Below, one piece after another: positions 8,509-22,346 of a stretch of DNA of 64,000 nucleotides (within the stretch, counting starts at the first letter, position 1; each line of letters opens with the position of its first letter). The translations under genes were made by a program, and so were the position numbers. The stretch lies in contig NZ_JBIKIL010000003.1 in NCBI RefSeq assembly GCF_044361645.1, positions 2,623 through 66,622 of the forward strand. The letters run 5' to 3'. This DNA comes from Limnohabitans sp. GTDB lineage: Bacteria; Pseudomonadota; Gammaproteobacteria; Burkholderiales; Burkholderiaceae_C. The notes under the pieces are model-generated. The model ran no database searches, was not told where the DNA came from, and was given only the letters and a program-made list of their open reading frames with translations.

Positions 8509-11078
8509 ATGCCCAGTTTCAGGCCGACTTTCAACCGTCGACCCCGGTAGTCGCCGTAGCGCGTGTCCGCAACGGGCAAGCTGCCCGCATTCGGGTGTTG
8601 GTAAGTGGGTGAGGGGTCTCGGTCCAGCAAATTGTCCACCCCAAAAAGCCAGGTGAGTTTGCTGCTGGCTTGGTAGCGGCCATTGAAATCGATGCGCCAA
8701 TTGCTGTTGACGTAGCGACGCACCGGATACCTCGACTCCTCATGGTTCAGCAAAAGCATGGCCGTCTCGCTGTGCCCTGTGATGTGGCGAAATACCAGGC
8801 TGTAGGCGTGTTGATCGCGTTCCAAGGACGCCGTCAAATTCAGTTGATTTTTGGGAATGAAGCTTTGGGTCTGGTCAAGGTATTGGCCCAGCTCGGACAC
8901 GGCAGGGCGTCCAGGGTAGGTGCTGCGTTGGGCGTGGAGGTAGCGCGTGCCATGCAGCGAAACCCGAACGCGACCCCAATCGGTGGGCAGTCTGTGCTGC
9001 AGGCGGTAGTCAAGCCCACTGCGCTGGAGTTGGCCCAGGTTCTGGTTTAAACCGGTGTACTGGGCCGGTACACCTGGCGATGATTCTTGGTAATAAAGGG
9101 CCTTGAACTCGGGGTTGTTGAGAATATCGTCTCTGCTCAAGGCGCCGAAAATATCGCTCACCGTAAAGCGCCAATAGTCCACGCCAAAGGACCACCGGGG
9201 CGAGGGCTCGTTGTGGTAACCCAGCCAAAATTGGCGGGAGCGCTCGGCTTGGAGTGCAGGGTTGCCCACAGCCACATAGCGCGAGCAAACGCTGCCCGGA
9301 TTGGCAGCGCAATTGACAGGATCGATTCTGCTCAAAGTGGTCCATGCCAGCGGCAGGCTTTGCATGGGGCTGGGTGCGCGAAAACCTGTGCCCAAAGAGC
9401 CACGCAAAAAGCCCTTGAGGCCCACGCGCTGTTTCAAGCCCACTTTGCCAGTCCAAGCGTTGCCACTGATGCCCAAGTCGTCAAACCTGAAAGAGACATT
9501 GGCCTCGGTTCTTTCCCTCAGGGGCAGGTTCAACTCAGAAAAAACAGCCCATTGCTGGCGCTGGACATCGACCGCATCGTCGGCTATGGCATTCCTGGCC
9601 AGGTTGCGGTACTGGTGGCGTTCTTGTTGCACCGACCAACCGGCCCCCCAGCGGGGTGTGCCCGCAGGCCAGTCGGCCCATTGGCCTGACAGCTGCGCCT
9701 GCAATGCTGCCAATTGGGTGCTGGAGCGGTCCAATGCAAGGCCTTGCGCCTGCAGTGGGGCCGCTGTGGCTGGGGGGCTGCTGGGCAGCGTGCTCAGATC
9801 GGGCTGCCAAGCGCGCTCTTCCATGCTGGCTTGGCCCAAGACCAGGCCCAGCCTGTATTCGGTGCCGGCCCATTGGCCCCGCAAACCCAAATTGCTGCGC
9901 CAGTTGCTCTTGTCGCGGGTCCTTTCTGGCGAGCCCGTGGGCAGCATGGCAGGTGCCCATGCTGCCCAATTGAAACCGTGAGCGGCCCAAGGTGCTCCGA
10001 CTTTAAACGCCTGCGCCTCTTGGTGCAGCAGTTGGTCAATGAACACGACGTGGTCTTTGTTCAGCGCGCGCTCGTAACTGGCAAACAGCGAGCGCCTTTG
10101 TTCACTGGGGTAGACCGACAGCCATTGGCTCAGGTCGTAGCGGCACGCACGGGTCGCCTCGACCGGGATGGTCGGCGGCGATGGGAAATAAGCCTCAGGG
10201 CAGGCCGAGCCGGGCGCGATGCTTGGGCCGGGCAATGAAAAAGGCAACACATACTGAGCCTGGCCTTGGGCATCGGTGCCCACCAGCTGTGGGGCGGTGT
10301 CTGTGGCGCGGCGATCACGGGCCAATTGCATGGCGTGCTCGCTCACACTGGCATGGATTTGAAAGGCTTGACCTTCGCTTTCCAAGCGACCCCGGCCCCA
10401 GCTGAACTGCACATCGCTCATGGCACCACCGCGGCCATCGGCTTGGGTGTGGTGCACGCTGATGTCAGCTTGCCGCGTGTGGTGACGGGTGATGATGTTG
10501 ACCACTCCGGCAATCGCGTCACTGCCGTAGCGGGCAGAAGCACCATCGACCAAAATATCAATGCGCTCCACCGCGTTCAGTGGGATCTGGCTGATTTCTG
10601 CCAAGGAAACATCTTTGTCGACCCGTTGTGCCGGAAAGGGTGCCAAGCGTTGCCCATTGAGCAGCACCAAGGTGCCAGCTTCGTAGCCGTGAATCGCAGC
10701 GCTGACCTGCCCTCCCAGACCTGACCAATTAAGTCCCCCCGACTCGCCAAAACCCAGCATCACCGACTGCCCATGCAGCAGCTCTGCCAAATTGCGCGCG
10801 CCACTGAGTTCAATGTCGCGGCGGCTCAAGACCGTGACGGGGAGTGCTTCGCGCGAGCGCGGGTTCAGGATGGCCGACCCGGTGATTTCGATGCCGCCAA
10901 ATTGCCGATAATCCGAAGCGCCGCCCAAAGCCTCATCAGCGGCTTGGGCCTCGCCTGCCAAGGCCTTCGAGGCGCTCGCCGCACACGCCAACGGCGGGAG
11001 CAGCGCCAGTACCAGCGCGCAGCTTGAAACCCCCTGACGGCAGCGGTCAATCGGTTCTGGGCGATGGCGCAGTGGCAT
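8505..11078 (-). CDS. TonB-dependent outer-membrane receptor
   Basis: Signal peptide; IEITGS TonB-box-like; plug PVTVLSRRDIELSG; GTLVLLNGQRL; ERIDILVDGASARYGSDAIAGVVNIITR; beta-barrel motifs GTGFRAPS and GVDNLLDRDP. Confidence 0.9.
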   Translation of the reverse strand: MPLRHRPEPIDRCRQGVSSCALVLALLPPLACAASASKALAGEAQAADEALGGASDYRQFGGIEITGSAILNPRSREALPVTVLSRRDIELSGARNLAELLHGQSVMLGFGESGGLNWSGLGGQVSAAIHGYEAGTLVLLNGQRLAPFPAQRVDKDVSLAEISQIPLNAVERIDILVDGASARYGSDAIAGVVNIITRHHTRQADISVHHTQADGRGGAMSDVQFSWGRGRLESEGQAFQIHASVSEHAMQLARDRRATDTAPQLVGTDAQGQAQYVLPFSLPGPSIAPGSACPEAYFPSPPTIPVEATRACRYDLSQWLSVYPSEQRRSLFASYERALNKDHVVFIDQLLHQEAQAFKVGAPWAAHGFNWAAWAPAMLPTGSPERTRDKSNWRSNLGLRGQWAGTEYRLGLVLGQASMEERAWQPDLSTLPSSPPATAAPLQAQGLALDRSSTQLAALQAQLSGQWADWPAGTPRWGAGWSVQQERHQYRNLARNAIADDAVDVQRQQWAVFSELNLPLRERTEANVSFRFDDLGISGNAWTGKVGLKQRVGLKGFLRGSLGTGFRAPSPMQSLPLAWTTLSRIDPVNCAANPGSVCSRYVAVGNPALQAERSRQFWLGYHNEPSPRWSFGVDYWRFTVSDIFGALSRDDILNNPEFKALYYQESSPGVPAQYTGLNQNLGQLQRSGLDYRLQHRLPTDWGRVRVSLHGTRYLHAQRSTYPGRPAVSELGQYLDQTQSFIPKNQLNLTASLERDQHAYSLVFRHITGHSETAMLLLNHEESRYPVRRYVNSNWRIDFNGRYQASSKLTWLFGVDNLLDRDPSPTYQHPNAGSLPVADTRYGDYRGRRLKVGLKLGI

Positions 11079-11219
11079 GGTGATCTTTCATGGCAAAGAG
11101 GCCCATTTCGGGCAGGCTCTCAAGGTGCATGGCACCCGGTCTAAAGGGTGACAGGCGCTGTGGGGCGCGCCATGTGTGGCTCTCAAAGTCCAAAGTGCGG
11201 ACAGGCAAAGGGTGCGCGT

Positions 11220-12047
11220 TCATCGCAGGGGTGCCCTGTGGCTCACGCTGGGCTTGCTCACATCGTAGCCGAACCAACGCTGGGATATGGCCTTGAATGA
11301 ACCGTCAGCGAGCATGCTTTGAACCGCACCAGAGAGCAGTTGCGCCATGGGTAAATTGCCTTTGTGTACCGCCCAACCCGCGGTCAAGGGGGCGGCGAAG
11401 GGCGCGGTCACCTTGATGGGCAATTGGTCGCGCTGGATGTAAAAGTCGGCAATCAAACTCTCTTCCAACACTGCATCGATTTTTTGCTGAGCCAGCGCCA
11501 GAAAAGCCAGATCAATCGATTTAAAACCCCGCACGGCTGGGCCCAAGGCCCCGCGCGCTTGCACCTCTACACCGGTGTTCGACAGCACGCCCAGCTTCTT
11601 ACCTAACAAGTCATCAAGGCTCAGAAAGTCGCGCTCATCGCTCTCGTGTTGAACACACACCAACTGGTTGAAGGCGTAAGCGCGCACAAAGTCAAATTGC
11701 CCACGGTTCTCTGGTGACTTGATCAATTGGTTGGCGATGGCGTCAAGGCCACCGCCTGCAAGTTTTTTTTGAAGGTCCGAGAAACTGCCTGCTTCGATCA
11801 CCAATTCAGCCCGCAAAATCATGGCGATGCGGCGTGCCACATCGACATCAAAGCCTTGCAAAAGGCCCTCGGTGAAACTGAATGGCTTGTATTGTTGGAG
11901 CACTCCTAAGCGCAATGTGCCCGGCTGAGCCCTTGTGCTTTGAGCCAAAGAAGGCCAAGTCAATGCAGCGCCCAGCAGGCCCCATGGGACAGACAAAATT
12001 TGCCGGCGGCGCAAACCACGCGCCACAGCCAAGCCACCCTCAGTCAT
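11220..12047 (-). CDS. Periplasmic substrate-binding protein family 3 (polar amino-acid type) with a twin-arginine-like signal
   Basis: RRRQIL in the leader; GFDVDVARRIA, FSDLQKKL...LDAI, LDDLLGKKLGV, DGSFKAISQRWFG. Start overlaps the stop of the upstream gene. Confidence 0.85.
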   Translation of the reverse strand: MTEGGLAVARGLRRRQILSVPWGLLGAALTWPSLAQSTRAQPGTLRLGVLQQYKPFSFTEGLLQGFDVDVARRIAMILRAELVIEAGSFSDLQKKLAGGGLDAIANQLIKSPENRGQFDFVRAYAFNQLVCVQHESDERDFLSLDDLLGKKLGVLSNTGVEVQARGALGPAVRGFKSIDLAFLALAQQKIDAVLEESLIADFYIQRDQLPIKVTAPFAAPLTAGWAVHKGNLPMAQLLSGAVQSMLADGSFKAISQRWFGYDVSKPSVSHRAPLR

Positions 12048-12432
12048 GAAATGCGCCTTCAAAGCAGTGCCGCAGTTCGTGACCAACGTAGTTGTAGCCG
12101 GTTTTCAGCGGCGTCACGATGGTGCATTCATTGCGCCTGACATTCCAAAAAGCGCAAGCCATCACCCGTGTGCCCAAACTCATAGGAATACCGGTGATGC
12201 GGGCACAAAACTCATACCCGTCTTGGCGCACCAAGTACTTGACTTTGGGCTTCACAATCACCCGCTGCGACTCGGGCAAAGGGCTAAAGCGCTGTTTGTC
12301 CACCAAGGGCGGGCTCATCAAGGTGGTGGTGTCGCAACTGGCGAGCAGCAACCAGCCGCTCAAAAGCCAAACCCAGTGCAGCCACTTGCGCTGAAAAGGG
12401 CGGGTTCTTGAGGAGGTTTGAGGCCCCATCAT
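12040..12432 (-). CDS. Small Cys-rich putative lipoprotein with C-terminal HExxH motif (GHELRHCFEGAFH)
   Basis: Lipobox-like LLASC after a hydrophobic stretch; ATGA overlap with the upstream gene at 12429-12432. Confidence 0.7.
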   Translation of the reverse strand: MMGPQTSSRTRPFQRKWLHWVWLLSGWLLLASCDTTTLMSPPLVDKQRFSPLPESQRVIVKPKVKYLVRQDGYEFCARITGIPMSLGTRVMACAFWNVRRNECTIVTPLKTGYNYVGHELRHCFEGAFHD

Positions 12433-12743
12433 TTCCCCTGCAAGCAGTGGATAAACAAATGCCCCAGCAAGGAGTGGGTGGTCTGACCGGTGGTCACGAT
12501 GGTGCACTGAGACGTGGACAGCTGCCAGTAAACACAACCTTCCTCGCGCCTGACGAAACCGTCTTTGGGTTCGGCCGATTGGCAGCGCTCACTCGCTTGC
12601 GGGTGAACCAGCCAGCTGACGGTCGGTTCGGGTAAGCGACGCTGCGCATAGTCTGGGGGGCTGAACACACTGAAGTCAAGCAAAGGGTCTGCTGCCGCAG
12701 GCCACGCCCAGCACATGGCCAAGACACAAAAGCCTATTTTCAT
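12429..12743 (-). CDS. Small secreted Cys-rich protein, apparent paralog of the downstream HExxH protein
   Basis: Signal peptide ending AAA; shares C..W......CTIVT...GH..HC..G with the neighbour but has HLFIH in place of HELRH. Confidence 0.65.
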   Translation of the reverse strand: MKIGFCVLAMCWAWPAAADPLLDFSVFSPPDYAQRRLPEPTVSWLVHPQASERCQSAEPKDGFVRREEGCVYWQLSTSQCTIVTTGQTTHSLLGHLFIHCLQGK

Positions 12744-12878
12744 GCGGCGTGTTTTCACTCGCGGGGGTTTGCCGACCATGCGGCACTGATAGCTCACGTT
12801 TCAAGGTCCTTGTCCGAGGGGGGCAGCAGAAATTCGGCACCTTTTTGCATTAAGCGTGGAGTATAAATAGTTCGTAAA

Positions 12879-12900
12879 AAGAAATTAATTTTTATTTCTT
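12879..12900. promoter_or_regulatory. AT-rich inverted repeat AAGAAAT-N8-ATTTCTT, candidate operator upstream of the TBDR/SBP cluster
   Basis: Perfect 7-bp arms in an AT-rich divergent intergenic region; regulator unknown. Confidence 0.3.
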
Positions 12901-12998
12901 CCTGACCGATCAACGCACCAAAACAAATCCGAAATCATTTTTGGCATCGAACAGGGCAAATGTGTGAACGCATGCGAGCCCCTGGGTTTAATTGGTTA

Positions 12999-13025
12999 TT
13001 TAATTGGGGTCAGATCCCAATTAAA
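12999..13025. repeat. REP-like hairpin TTTAATTGGG-GTCAGAT-CCCAATTAAA upstream of RAYT
   Basis: 10-bp perfect stem with a 7-nt loop; exact reverse complement of 13787-13813. Confidence 0.85.
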
Positions 13026-13051
13026 CTGAGCATCCCCGCTGGAAAGTCACC

Positions 13052-13747
13052 ATGGCCCGCCAACCCCGCCTCACCGTTGCCGCTTACCCGCACCACGTCA
13101 TCCAGCGCGGCAATGACCGCCAAGCCATCGTGCGTGACGATGCCGACCGGCGGCGTTTGTTGGCCTTGTGGCAAGAACACGCACAGACCTTCCAAGTGGC
13201 CATCCACGCTTACGTGATCATGGACAACCACTTCCATCTGCTGCTCACGCCATCGACCGATCAGGCTTTGCCGCAGATGATGCAAGCGGTGGGCCGCGCC
13301 TACGTGCGTTACTTCAATTTGCGCCACCAACGCACCGGCACCTTGTGGGAAGGGCGCTACCGCAGCAACCTGATTGAGAGTGAACGCTATCTTTTGGCCT
13401 GCATGGTCTACATCGACCTGAATCCGGTTCGCGCTGGCATGGTGGCCCAGGCTGGTGATCACCCATGGTCCAGCTACAGGCACTGTATTGGGCAGGAGAG
13501 TAGCCCATGGTTGACGCCGCATGCCCTTTTTTGGGGTTTGGGCAACACGCCGTTTGCGCGTGAGGCGGCCTATGCTGAGTTGGTGCAAACAGGCTTGTCG
13601 CTGCGCGAAAAGGCGCAACTCACCCAAAGCGCTTTGTCTGGATGGGCCCTGGGTTCGAGCGACTTTTTAGGTCAATTGCAGCACACCACGCCGCGCCGCT
13701 TGGTGCCGGGCAAGGCCGGACGACCCGTCAAAAAAGCGGCCGATTGA
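13052..13747 (+). mobile_element. REP-associated tyrosine transposase (RAYT, Y1 HUH family)
   Basis: MARQPRL...YPHHVIQRGNDRQ, HUH motif YVIMDNHFHLLL, LWEGRY, YIDLNPVRAG, WSSY; flanked by REP-like hairpins. Confidence 0.88.
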
Positions 13748-13764
13748 ATCTGTCCCCAATTAAA
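13748..13764. repeat. Partial REP copy ATCTGTCCCCAATTAAA immediately after the RAYT stop
   Basis: 16/17 match to the 3' part of 13787-13813. Confidence 0.7.
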
Positions 13765-13786
13765 TCAAAGCCAAGCAAAAAACAAA

Positions 13787-13813
13787 TTTAATTGGGATCT
13801 GACCCCAATTAAA
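13787..13813. repeat. REP-like hairpin TTTAATTGGG-ATCTGAC-CCCAATTAAA downstream of RAYT
   Basis: Inverted copy of 12999-13025. Confidence 0.85.
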
Positions 13814-13817
13814 AAGA

Positions 13818-13846
13818 TTGGCACAGTTGCTGCTGTGCACTACACT
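13818..13846 (+). promoter_or_regulatory. Putative sigma70 promoter of gltBD (TTGGCA-N17-TACACT) with an internal GCACAG-N6-CTGTGC palindrome
   Basis: Hexamers and 17-bp spacing read directly; GGAG RBS at 13871. Confidence 0.5.
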
Positions 13847-13879
13847 CTGCCCTCTGCGTAAAAACCCTTAGGAGTGCCC

Positions 13880-18613
<4,734 letters not shown>

Positions 18614-18643
18614 GCCCCACGTCAAAAAGTTTGAGGAAACATC

Positions 18644-20140
18644 ATGGGAAAAATCACCGGCTTCATGGAATTTGAGCGCATTGAAGAGGGCTACAAGCCC
18701 GTCACCGAGCGCCTCAAGAACTACGGCGAGTTCGTCATCGGCTTGACCGAAGCGCAGTCCAAAACCCAAGCGGCGCGTTGCATGGACTGCGGCACCCCGT
18801 TTTGCAACAGCGGCTGCCCGGTCAACAACATCATCCCGGACTTCAACAACCTGGTGTTTGAAGGCGACTGGAAAAACGCGATCGAGGTGCTGCACAGCAC
18901 CAACAACTTCCCCGAGTTCACCGGCCGCATCTGCCCCGCGCCTTGCGAAGCGGCCTGCGTGGTCAACTTCAACGACGACGCCGTGGGCATCAAGTCGATC
19001 GAGCACGCCATCATCGACCGCGCTTGGGCCGAGGGCTGGGTCACGCCGCGCCCTGCCAAAGTCAAGACCGGCAAAACCGTGGCCATCATCGGTGCAGGCC
19101 CTGCCGGTTTGGCCGCAGCCCAGCAACTGGCGCGCGCCGGCCACAACGTGAGCTTGTTCGAAAAGAACGACCGCGTGGGCGGCTTGCTGCGCTACGGCAT
19201 CCCTGACTTCAAGATGGAAAAGACCCACATCGACCGCCGCGTCCAGCAGCTCGAAGCCGAAGGCGTGAAGATCCGCACCAGCGTGCTGGTGGGCCCAACT
19301 TCGCTTGAGGGGTGGCCCAAGGATTCCAAAATCACCAACTGGGCCAAGGAAACCATCAGCGCCGAGCAACTCCAAAAAGACTTTGACGCGGTGCTGCTGA
19401 CCGGGGGCTCCGAGCAGTCGCGTGATTTGCCCGTGCCCGGCCGCGACCTGGATGGCATCCATTTCGCGATGGAGTTCTTGCCCCAGCAAAACAAGGTGAA
19501 TGCGGGCGACAAGCTCAAAGGGCAGCTGCGTGCAGACGGCAAAAACGTCATCGTGATTGGCGGGGGCGACACCGGCAGCGACTGCGTGGGCACCAGCACA
19601 CGCCACGGCGCTGTGAGCGTGACCCAGTTCGAGGTCATGCCCGAGCCACCCGAAAAAGAAAACAAGGCCATGGTCTGGCCCTATTGGCCCATGAAGCTGC
19701 GCACCAGCTCCAGCCACGAAGAAAGTGCCGAAAAAGGCCTGTTGCAACGCGAGTTCGCCATTTCCACCAAAGCCTTCATCGGTGAAAAGGGCAAAGTCAC
19801 TGGATTGACCACGGTGCATGTCGAATTCAAAGACGGCAAGATGGTTGAAGTGGCCGGCACCGAGAAGCATCACAAAGCCGACATGGTGCTGCTGGCCATG
19901 GGTTTCACCAACCCGGTGGCCACGGTGCTCGACGCCTTTGGCATCGACAAAGACGCCCGTGGCAACGCCAAGGCCAGCACCGACTTCACCGGCGGCTATG
20001 CCACCAATGTGCCCAAGGTGTTTGCGGCGGGCGACATGCGCCGTGGTCAGTCGCTGGTGGTGTGGGCCATTCGCGAAGGCCGGCAGGCGGCGCGATCGGT
20101 GGATGAGTTCTTGATGGGGGCCAGTGACCTGCCCCGCTGA
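18644..20140 (+). CDS. gltD: Glutamate synthase small subunit
   Basis: [55 protein letters not shown]. Confidence 0.97.
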   Translation: MGKITGFMEFERIEEGYKPVTERLKNYGEFVIGLTEAQSKTQAARCMDCGTPFCNSGCPVNNIIPDFNNLVFEGDWKNAIEVLHSTNNFPEFTGRICPAPCEAACVVNFNDDAVGIKSIEHAIIDRAWAEGWVTPRPAKVKTGKTVAIIGAGPAGLAAAQQLARAGHNVSLFEKNDRVGGLLRYGIPDFKMEKTHIDRRVQQLEAEGVKIRTSVLVGPTSLEGWPKDSKITNWAKETISAEQLQKDFDAVLLTGGSEQSRDLPVPGRDLDGIHFAMEFLPQQNKVNAGDKLKGQLRADGKNVIVIGGGDTGSDCVGTSTRHGAVSVTQFEVMPEPPEKENKAMVWPYWPMKLRTSSSHEESAEKGLLQREFAISTKAFIGEKGKVTGLTTVHVEFKDGKMVEVAGTEKHHKADMVLLAMGFTNPVATVLDAFGIDKDARGNAKASTDFTGGYATNVPKVFAAGDMRRGQSLVVWAIREGRQAARSVDEFLMGASDLPR

Positions 20141-20226
20141 GCCAGCCCCACTGAGCCAAGGGGTGCTTGGGTAAAATACAGGTGTTTGCCGGATTTACAA
20201 ATCATTTACTTTTATGTCTTAAGATC

Positions 20227-20257
20227 ACAAAAGCCGGACATCCCGGCTTTTGTTTTT
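20227..20257 (+). terminator. 11-bp stem hairpin ACAAAAGCCGG-ACATC-CCGGCTTTTGT plus T-tract between gltD and mlaF
   Basis: Perfect inverted repeat followed by TTTT; A/T tails on both sides suggest a bidirectional terminator. Confidence 0.6.
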
Positions 20258-20258
20258 C

Positions 20259-21077
20259 ATGAATACAACCGACTCACCCCCTCCTTTTGTTGAATTGCGC
20301 GACCTGACCTTCGGTTATGGCGAGCGCGTGATCTTGAAGAACCTCAGCTTCAAAGTGCCGCGCGGCCAAGTCACCGCATTGATGGGCATCTCGGGGGGCG
20401 GTAAAACCACGGTGCTGCGCCTGATTGGCGGCCAAATTCGTGCCAGCGCGGGACACGTGTTTTTTGATGGCCAAGACATCACGCCCATGCGCCAAACCGA
20501 GCTGTATGCTGCACGTCGCCGCATGGGCATGCTGTTCCAGTTTGGCGCGCTGTTCACCGACATGAGTGTGTTCGACAACGTGGCTTTTCCCTTGCGAGAG
20601 CACACCGGGCTGTCAGAAGACCTGGTCCGTGACATCGTGCTCATGAAACTCGACGCCGTGGGTTTGCGCGGGGCGCGAGATTTGAAACCCTCTGAAATTT
20701 CGGGTGGCATGAGTCGCCGCGTGGCGCTGGCCCGCGCCATCGCGCTCGACCCGCATCTCATCATGTACGACGAGCCCTTCGCTGGCCTGGACCCGATTTC
20801 GCTGGGCACGGCGGCCCGGTTGATTCGCCGCCTGAACGACAGCCTGGGCATCACCAGCATCGTGGTCTCGCACGATGTGACCGAAACCTTTGAGATCGCC
20901 GACCATGTGGTCATCTTGGCGCATGGCGGCGTGGCCGCACAAGGCACGCCGGCCCAGTTGCGTGTCAGCACCGACCCGCTCATTCACCAGTTTGTGCACG
21001 CCCTGAGCGATGGTCCCGTGCCATTTCATTACCCGGCCCCCACAGCGGCACAAGACTATGACCGGAGAACGGCATGA
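20259..21077 (+). CDS. mlaF: Phospholipid ABC transporter ATP-binding protein
   Basis: GISGGGKT, ISGGMSRRVALARAIALDP, YDEPFAGLDP; heads the mla operon. Confidence 0.92.
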   Translation: MNTTDSPPPFVELRDLTFGYGERVILKNLSFKVPRGQVTALMGISGGGKTTVLRLIGGQIRASAGHVFFDGQDITPMRQTELYAARRRMGMLFQFGALFTDMSVFDNVAFPLREHTGLSEDLVRDIVLMKLDAVGLRGARDLKPSEISGGMSRRVALARAIALDPHLIMYDEPFAGLDPISLGTAARLIRRLNDSLGITSIVVSHDVTETFEIADHVVILAHGGVAAQGTPAQLRVSTDPLIHQFVHALSDGPVPFHYPAPTAAQDYDRRTA

Positions 21078-21856
21078 TCACCCCCTTGCTGGCCGCCGTG
21101 GGTGCTTCGACGCGCCAGATGTTGGTCGATTGGGGCTTTGCCGCACGCTTGTTTTTCAAGCTGCTGGGCATGACGGGCCCCACACTCAAGCGCTTTGCTC
21201 TGGTGCGCGATCAGGTGCATTTTTTGGGCAATTATTCGCTGGCCATCATCACGGTGTCGGGCTTGTTTGTGGGCTTTGTGCTGGGCTTGCAGGGCTACTA
21301 CACGCTGCAACGCTATGGTTCAGCCGAGGCGCTGGGTTTGCTGGTTGCGCTCAGCTTGGTGCGCGAATTGGGCCCCGTGGTGGGGGCCTTGTTGTTTGCC
21401 GGGCGCGCCGGGGCATCGCTTACCGCTGAGATTGGTCTCATGCGTGCGGGTGAGCAGCTCACCGCCTTGGAGATGATGGCCGTGGATCCGGTGCAACGCA
21501 TTTTGGCGCCGCGTTTTTGGGGCGGCATCATTGCCTTGCCGGTGCTGGCCGCGGTGTTCAGTGCGGTGGGCATTTTGGGGGGCTATGTGGTGGGCGTCTT
21601 GCTGATCGGGGTCGACTCGGGTGCTTTTTGGAGTCAAATGCAAGGCGGCGTTGATGTGTTCAAGGACGTGGGCAATGGCATCATCAAAAGTGTGGTGTTT
21701 GCTGTGGCCGTGACCTTCATCGCCTTGCTGCAAGGCTATGTGGCCAAGCCCACACCCGAAGGTGTGGCCAGCGCCACCACACGCAGTGTGGTGGTGTCTT
21801 CCTTGTCGGTTTTAGGTTTGGATTTCATCCTCACCGCAATGATGTTCAGCATTTGA
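21074..21856 (+). CDS. mlaE: Phospholipid ABC transporter permease
   Basis: VRELGPV, AGRAGASLTAEIGLMRAGEQLTALEMMAVDP. Confidence 0.95.
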   Translation: MITPLLAAVGASTRQMLVDWGFAARLFFKLLGMTGPTLKRFALVRDQVHFLGNYSLAIITVSGLFVGFVLGLQGYYTLQRYGSAEALGLLVALSLVRELGPVVGALLFAGRAGASLTAEIGLMRAGEQLTALEMMAVDPVQRILAPRFWGGIIALPVLAAVFSAVGILGGYVVGVLLIGVDSGAFWSQMQGGVDVFKDVGNGIIKSVVFAVAVTFIALLQGYVAKPTPEGVASATTRSVVVSSLSVLGLDFILTAMMFSI

Positions 21857-21866
21857 GGAGGACGGC

Positions 21867-22346
21867 ATGCAAAGTTCAAAAAATGATGTTTGGGTGGGTT
21901 TGTTTGTGATGCTCGGCGCTGTGGCCGTGCTTTTTTTGGCACTCAAGGCGGCCAATTTGCTGACTTGGAGCTTCAGCAACGACTACGAGGTGACGGCCAA
22001 GTTTGACAACATCGGCGGGCTCAAGCCAGGCGCTGCGGTCAAGAGCGCTGGGGTGGTGGTGGGGCGTGTCAAAAAGATCGAATTTGATGGCCAATCCTTC
22101 CAAGCCCAGGTCACACTCGGCATGCAGACCCAGCACGCCTTTCCGCAAGACAGTTCGCTCAAGATCCTGACCAGCGGTTTGCTGGGCGAGCAATACTTGG
22201 ATGTGTCGCCCGGTGCCGATGAGAAAAACTTGGCCGCCGGAGACCGCATTGGTTCGACCCAATCGGCCGTCATCCTGGAGAACCTGATCAGCCAATTCCT
22301 GTTCAGCCAGGCCGAAAAACCCCCAGCTGAAAGTCAAAAACCATGA
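21867..22346 (+). CDS. mlaD: MCE-domain lipid asymmetry protein
   Basis: FDNIGGLKPGAAVKSAGVVVGRV, LTSGLLGEQY. Confidence 0.95.
   Translation: MQSSKNDVWVGLFVMLGAVAVLFLALKAANLLTWSFSNDYEVTAKFDNIGGLKPGAAVKSAGVVVGRVKKIEFDGQSFQAQVTLGMQTQHAFPQDSSLKILTSGLLGEQYLDVSPGADEKNLAAGDRIGSTQSAVILENLISQFLFSQAEKPPAESQKP

Noticed and set aside
11079-11219. Possible cobalamin riboswitch upstream of the TBDR (two TTGAGAGCC copies, GCCTGCC on the minus strand)
   Set aside because: The conserved B12-box and GGGAA..GGTG..AATCC elements were not found. An Rfam scan would settle it.
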